A stretch of 63,837 nucleotides of DNA, the filler included, from Lenisia limosa (Eukaryota; Protista; Breviatea), in NCBI GenBank assembly GCA_001655205.1. It is 7 parts of 7 records of this genome, joined end to end, with 100 filler letters (N's around TTAATTAATTAA, not from the genome) between each part and the next. Parts side by side here need not be neighbours in the genome. Positions count along the whole stretch, not along the records: positions 54,797 to 59,344 come from LPNZ01009753.1; positions 59,445 to 63,837 come from LPNZ01007357.1; 5 more parts are not named here. One strand, written 5' to 3'. Positions 59,287 through 63,837 of this stretch are shown piece after piece. The first letter of the stretch is position 1; each line of letters starts with the position of its first letter. The position numbers were made by a program, and so were the translations under genes. The notes beneath the pieces are model-generated. The model did not search any database and was not told where the DNA came from. It saw nothing but the letters and a program-made list of their open reading frames with translations.

Positions 59287-59756
59287 TCTTAGCTTTACCG
59301 CAATAGAGGAGATTTTATTAGGGACACTGATTCATCTGCTTATANNNNNNNNNNNNNNNNNNNNNNNNNNNNNNNNNNNNNNNNNNNNTTAATTAATTAA
59401 NNNNNNNNNNNNNNNNNNNNNNNNNNNNNNNNNNNNNNNNNNNNAAGTCATGCAGTTGGATGATGCAGGCGTCAGTCAATCAGTCACTGTGGTGTAGGCT
59501 GTTTTGAGTAGTATTTGTTGGAGGACTGTCTGTTTTTGTTTGTTTCGAAAAATTTCGACATTTTCGACAAATTGATGAGTTCTCAATCTGTTCTCAATTC
59601 CAGAGAATTTGGATAATTCTTCTTCTATATTATTGTTTTATATTGAGGCATACAATCAGGGGAAAAAAACATAAAAAAAAACAATTATTGACATCAGGAA
59701 ACATCAGCGAAAATTANNNNNNNNNNNNNNNNNNNNNNNNNNNNNNNNNNNNNGGC

Positions 59757-60805
59757 CCCCTGCCACAAGCAGACCTGAAGCAGACGACATCTGTGTAGAT
59801 ACAGTAGGGTCCGAGCCCAACCCAACAGTTGCGATAAGTTTTGAAATGACTATGAGAACAGAGATTGAAGAGTTGTCTTTATTTGTTCTCTTTTGTAGAC
59901 ATCATGGGACAGAGCTGAACACTTTTGGACCTAAAAAATTTAAAAGACTTAGAAAACAAGGAGTTTTTATTTTTTTTAGTCACTAGCTTGGTCTTCTGTA
60001 TCAAATTGAGCTGTTTTCAGAAGTTGTTAGTTTTCAAAATGAAATTTTAGATGGGCTTCAAAATAAAATTTCAAATGAGTTACAATTCATTGCAATAGAA
60101 GGAGAACAAGTTGAAGCAAGTATCATAGATAATTATAAAAGCAGTCTTGAATTTGAAAAGGGGAGTATTGTTTTATTGTTTCTCATGTGATTGGAAGACG
60201 ACGGACAAGATTATACGATTTTCAGATGACAATCTCAGGACAAAAGATGGATTTGTGGAAAAAGTAAAACTTAAAAATCAAGCTCTAATTCAACAAATTG
60301 CAAAGGTTCAAAGTCAGCTGCATTCCAAAGAAGAAATGGGTGATGTTTTGAATGGAATCGATTTTGATCAGCTAAAAATAGAAAATAGACAGTTTCTGGA
60401 TAAAATAGAGTTAAAGAATAGAGAGCTATTGCGATTAAAATTAACTGCTGGAAAAACTGTGCATACCCTTAATCATTATAAGGTTGAGTGTAGTACTCAT
60501 TTTTGAAGAGACTACAAGATGTTCTTGAAGATAATATCTGGTTGGATTCTGAAATTGATATTAGAAGCCAGAGTTACATTAAATTGACTAACGAACTTAA
60601 TGTTGCAGATAAAGAGCATGTTTTTATTTCTTTCTTCATTTTGGAAAAATCCATCTTTTTAAAGACAGGACTGCTCAGATCTCAAGATAACTATTCCACC
60701 CCTTCTGTTGTACACTACGTTTCGTCACAAGCGAGTGTAGACTCTCTGTCCAAGAAGGTTAGAGATTGGAAAAGGAAATGTGAAATTGCCTCATTAGCAT
60801 CTTAA
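59757..60805 (+). CDS. CCDC113: CCDC113/CFAP263 ciliary coiled-coil protein; 5' end approximate
   Basis: EKVKLKNQALIQQIAKVQSQLHSKEEMGDVLNGIDFDQLKIENRQFLDKIELKNRELLRLKLTAGKTVHTLNHYK (human EKLRLKNVSL..KEEVSEALHDVDFQQLKIENAQFLETIEARNQELTQLKLSSGNTLQVLNAYK); PSVVHYV..VRDWKRKCEIASL-TAA. Confidence 0.9.
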
Positions 60806-60869
60806 TTAACTCTTCCTGAACTCTTCATTTGTGGTATAGAAACACTTGTTTCCTGTTTGATTGTTTATA

Positions 60870-62960
60870 TTTTGCAATTTTTGAACAGGTCACTTGCCCC
60901 ATCACAGCACAAGCTTGGGGGCGTCCTGCCTCCATTGACTCAATTAGGCGCGCTCACCACAACGTTTTGTAGTCAAATCAACCAAATCAACAGAATTCAA
61001 TTCAATGTTCAGCTTCTTAGGAACTCGCCAGGGGTTAGACCATGGGGTAATAGAGGAGATCTGGGCTGACAATCGGTCTTTTCAGAGCTACATTCCTAAA
61101 GCCGCTTTCGAAGTGGAAATTTTTAAAGCAGGTTGGTAAACCAGATTTTCACCTCGGAGTCTTGGTCAATGCAGTTACGTTGGCGAATATAAGACCTCTT
61201 AACAATTTACTTTTAACTGTATTGATAAAATCAGGTTGGTAAACCAGAAACTCGGCTCGGATTGCCAGTTATCCCTATGTATTTTCCTGGGCAGGAAAAC
61301 ATCAACCACTAATAAAATCATTTTGTCCTGTAAATGTAAAATTAAAATGCGAAAAAGAAGCAACAACCTCATTGGTCATTAGAGAAAGGTAGTTTTATTC
61401 TAGAGTACAGGAACCTTTGTTTTAATACTTCACCCTCGATGGGGATGGTGGCATCTATTCGATGTGCACAGCCATCGACAGACTTCAGCCACTGTGAAGG
61501 TTGTAGGGCATGCCATGCATGTTATTCAGCTATTTTACCTGTCCCTCCCAAGCTGACAGGCGGTTCGGTTCACCAATCGTACCAACGAGTCCTCCTCGCT
61601 TACTATTCCGATCAGCAATAACACATGTCGTCAACACCAAGGTAATGAAAATGTGAAATTAAGTCACTTGGCTACCCGTTTGCAGCCCTTAAACTGCCAC
61701 AAACAACCAAAACCGTTATAAAAGGCCACATTCAAGGAATAAATGGCAACTATCTGGGAAAGTTTGACCTTGTAGAAAGCACTATTTTGAACATTTTTCT
61801 CTCAAAATTCACCATTACATAGCCAAAGTAAGGGGGAATTCATAAACAATTACTCAGAGGGGTACAATTTTTTGTTTTTTGACACCAAAAGAGGGATAGA
61901 TTTAGAAAACAATCCCGTGAAAAGGCAAGAGAGGCCGCCACCCCCAGGAGACCAAATTCACGGATTTTTGACACTGGCTCAAAATTGAAAAAAAAAGTTG
62001 GGGAACATTGAGGCCTCACATACTATAATATATATTATTTACTGAACTTTTGAAAATAAAAAGAAGTTAAGAACAATATTTAATGGGGTCAATGCGGGAA
62101 TCGAACTCAAGATCTTTGTACTAGAAAGCGCTAATCAACCGCCTCAGCCACTCTATCTTTGAAAAAATCTTAAATATAAAGGAGTGCCTGAGGCTTTTGA
62201 TCGCAATCTTTTTTGGCGGGTCCATAAAGCGCGCTTGCGCGCAGTATTATGCCATTAAAGTACATTAGCATGACCTCGGTCACAGCCACTCATTAGGCCG
62301 CTTTGGTGGTCTTGGTGGTCGGAGAAGCCACGATCCGAGCCGTTGATAAAAGCCTGATACAGCGGCCACCTTTTAATGTAAGAAAAGAATAAACGAGTGT
62401 ACATGTACATAGAAGAAAACCCAGGCGCACCTTCGCGCTGCAACAGTCCGTTCCTTTTTGGTAAAGATCTCGGAGTCATATCCTTGATCTTTGACAAACT
62501 TGGTGGTGTTCTTCAAGGACCGTTCAGAATGAGAGTAAGCTAATGCGTGAATGAAACGATAACAAAAAAAAAACTGAGAGCATACGGTCTAGTTTACAGT
62601 CAATGTGTAGTTCCGCGCGTAAATTTATTCTGACAATACTATACGTCCAGAGGTCGATATCACTATAATATAGCATCTCTAGGCGATGGGTGATACATCA
62701 CTTACCGTAGTTTGATCCTGGTGCTTGAATAAGAGGGATAGATCATTCATTTAGCCTCCAAAAAGGGTCACTTGCCGTGAATCCCTTTTAAACTAAAAGA
62801 GTTATGGAATATCATATGATTCGTCACAACTGAAAAAAGTGTTTTATCCAGCTTGGCAAACGTTGAAGTCAAGGGTGAGGGGGACAGTGAACACACAGAT
62901 GATTACTTCCCTGTTCGCCGGCGGGTCAAACCCTCTCGCTTTATCGTCCACTTAAATTTT
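60870..62960 (-). CDS. Uncharacterised multi-exon gene
   Basis: Coding-like exons DDKARGFDPPANRE; KNTTKFVKDQGYDSEIFTKKERTVAAR|RWPLYQAFINGSDRGFSDHQD; GGLVGTIGEPNRLSAWG; ITPWSNPWRVPKKLNIELNSVDL. No family recognised. Confidence 0.4.
62087..62157 (-). pseudogene. tRNA-like pseudogene or SINE head, most like tRNA-Thr(AGT)
   Basis: AGAGTGGCTGAGGCGGTTGATTAGCGCTTTCTAGTACAAAGATCTTGAGTTCGATTCCCGC has A-box and B-box-like motifs and a CT-AGT-A loop, but the acceptor stem does not pair. Confidence 0.45.
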
Positions 62961-63837
62961 GTATACAAAATTATACAATTATTGTTCTGGGGTGGTCAAA
63001 TATATATATATTTGAGTTTAATCGTTTCCGTGAGATTATTAGCTTAATTCCTTTATAGGACACAGTAATGTCTCTGTTACACCTCTTTGTGAAATTATCA
63101 TCTACATTAATGGAATTTAGCACTTTCTATGGGTGATTTTAGACTTGAAAACTATGCGATTTGACCAATAGTTCAGGGAAAGTTAATACCTTGAAAAAAA
63201 CAAAATATTAATGTTTTCCAATTCTCTTGTAGTTGACTCAGAAAAGTGCATATTTCTTGCAATGTTCCATAGAAAAGCGGGCGAAATTAAGTTTAAACAG
63301 ACTACCACTCTAAACCATACACTTATTTTACCTAAGTGTGTGATACTTTAAAGCAATTAAACAATAAACAAGGANNNNNNNNNNNNNNNNNNNNNNNNNN
63401 NNNNNNNNNNNNNNNNNNNNNNNNNNNNNNNNNNNNNNNNNNNNNNNNNNNNNNNNNNNNNNNNNNNNNNNNNNNNNNNNNNNNNNNNNNNTTTCGTTTT
63501 GTCACATTAAATTGATGAAATTGTTTTGTGGGAAGTGATTTTAATTTCACAGATTGAAAAGCGATGGATTCCTTTGAAAAGGCATTTCATTCTCTTTCAG
63601 ACAAAGTAAGGGTTGGGGGGAAGCACACATTTTTTTGGAAATTGCCCTTTTTTTTTGTTGTTTTTGAAAAAATGACTCATTGTTAGGCTCAAAATGAACT
63701 TGAATGGTTGAGATTGGAACTCACGAAGAAAAAGAAAGAATTCTTCAAATTGCCAACATACGCACAGATTTATTCCATTTTTCAATCGCTTCTGACATGG
63801 GTATGGAACACACTCTCTCCCATAGAAAAATCCAAAC

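Noticed and set aside
52535-60805. Apparent cluster of ciliary genes (CC2D2A, ODAD3, CCDC113)
   Set aside because: The three genes are on three different pieces joined by artificial spacers, so physical linkage is not shown.

Overview
Intron-rich genomic DNA from a unicellular, probably flagellated eukaryote; I cannot name the lineage from sequence alone. It uses the standard genetic code and GT-AG introns, mostly 30-70 nt in the first 32 kb and often longer in 32.8-59.3 kb. The window is not contiguous: six artificial N44-TTAATTAATTAA-N44 spacers join seven pieces (1-26314, 26415-32715, 32816-42130, 42231-52434, 52535-54696, 54797-59344, 59445-63837), and many smaller N gaps occur. Genes recognised from recalled family motifs (no database search was run): TRIM37, RPL27, a DUF3755/SANT protein, a short Pol I A49/PAF53 homologue, an S41-family membrane protein, a TBC Rab-GAP, major vault protein, THOC6, a multi-pass protein with a degenerate class III cyclase domain, a giant GCC185-like coiled coil, a STIG1/sushi-like surface protein, CC2D2A, ODAD3/CCDC151, a TBC1D24-like protein and CCDC113. 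RNA genes: an intron-containing tRNA-Met(CAT) and two partial 5S rRNA copies. Most notable: (1) a ~50-nt hairpin plus A-tail element, found once in an intron and four times in a cluster; (2) a ~95-bp TA-flanked MITE family whose two TIRs co-vary; (3) an A49 homologue with no room for its tandem winged-helix domain; (4) two apparent pseudo-enzymes at the membrane; (5) a 5S copy antisense inside a TBC1D24 intron; (6) G-runs after splice donors and C-runs before acceptors. Exon structures were reconstructed by eye, so many gene ends are approximate.
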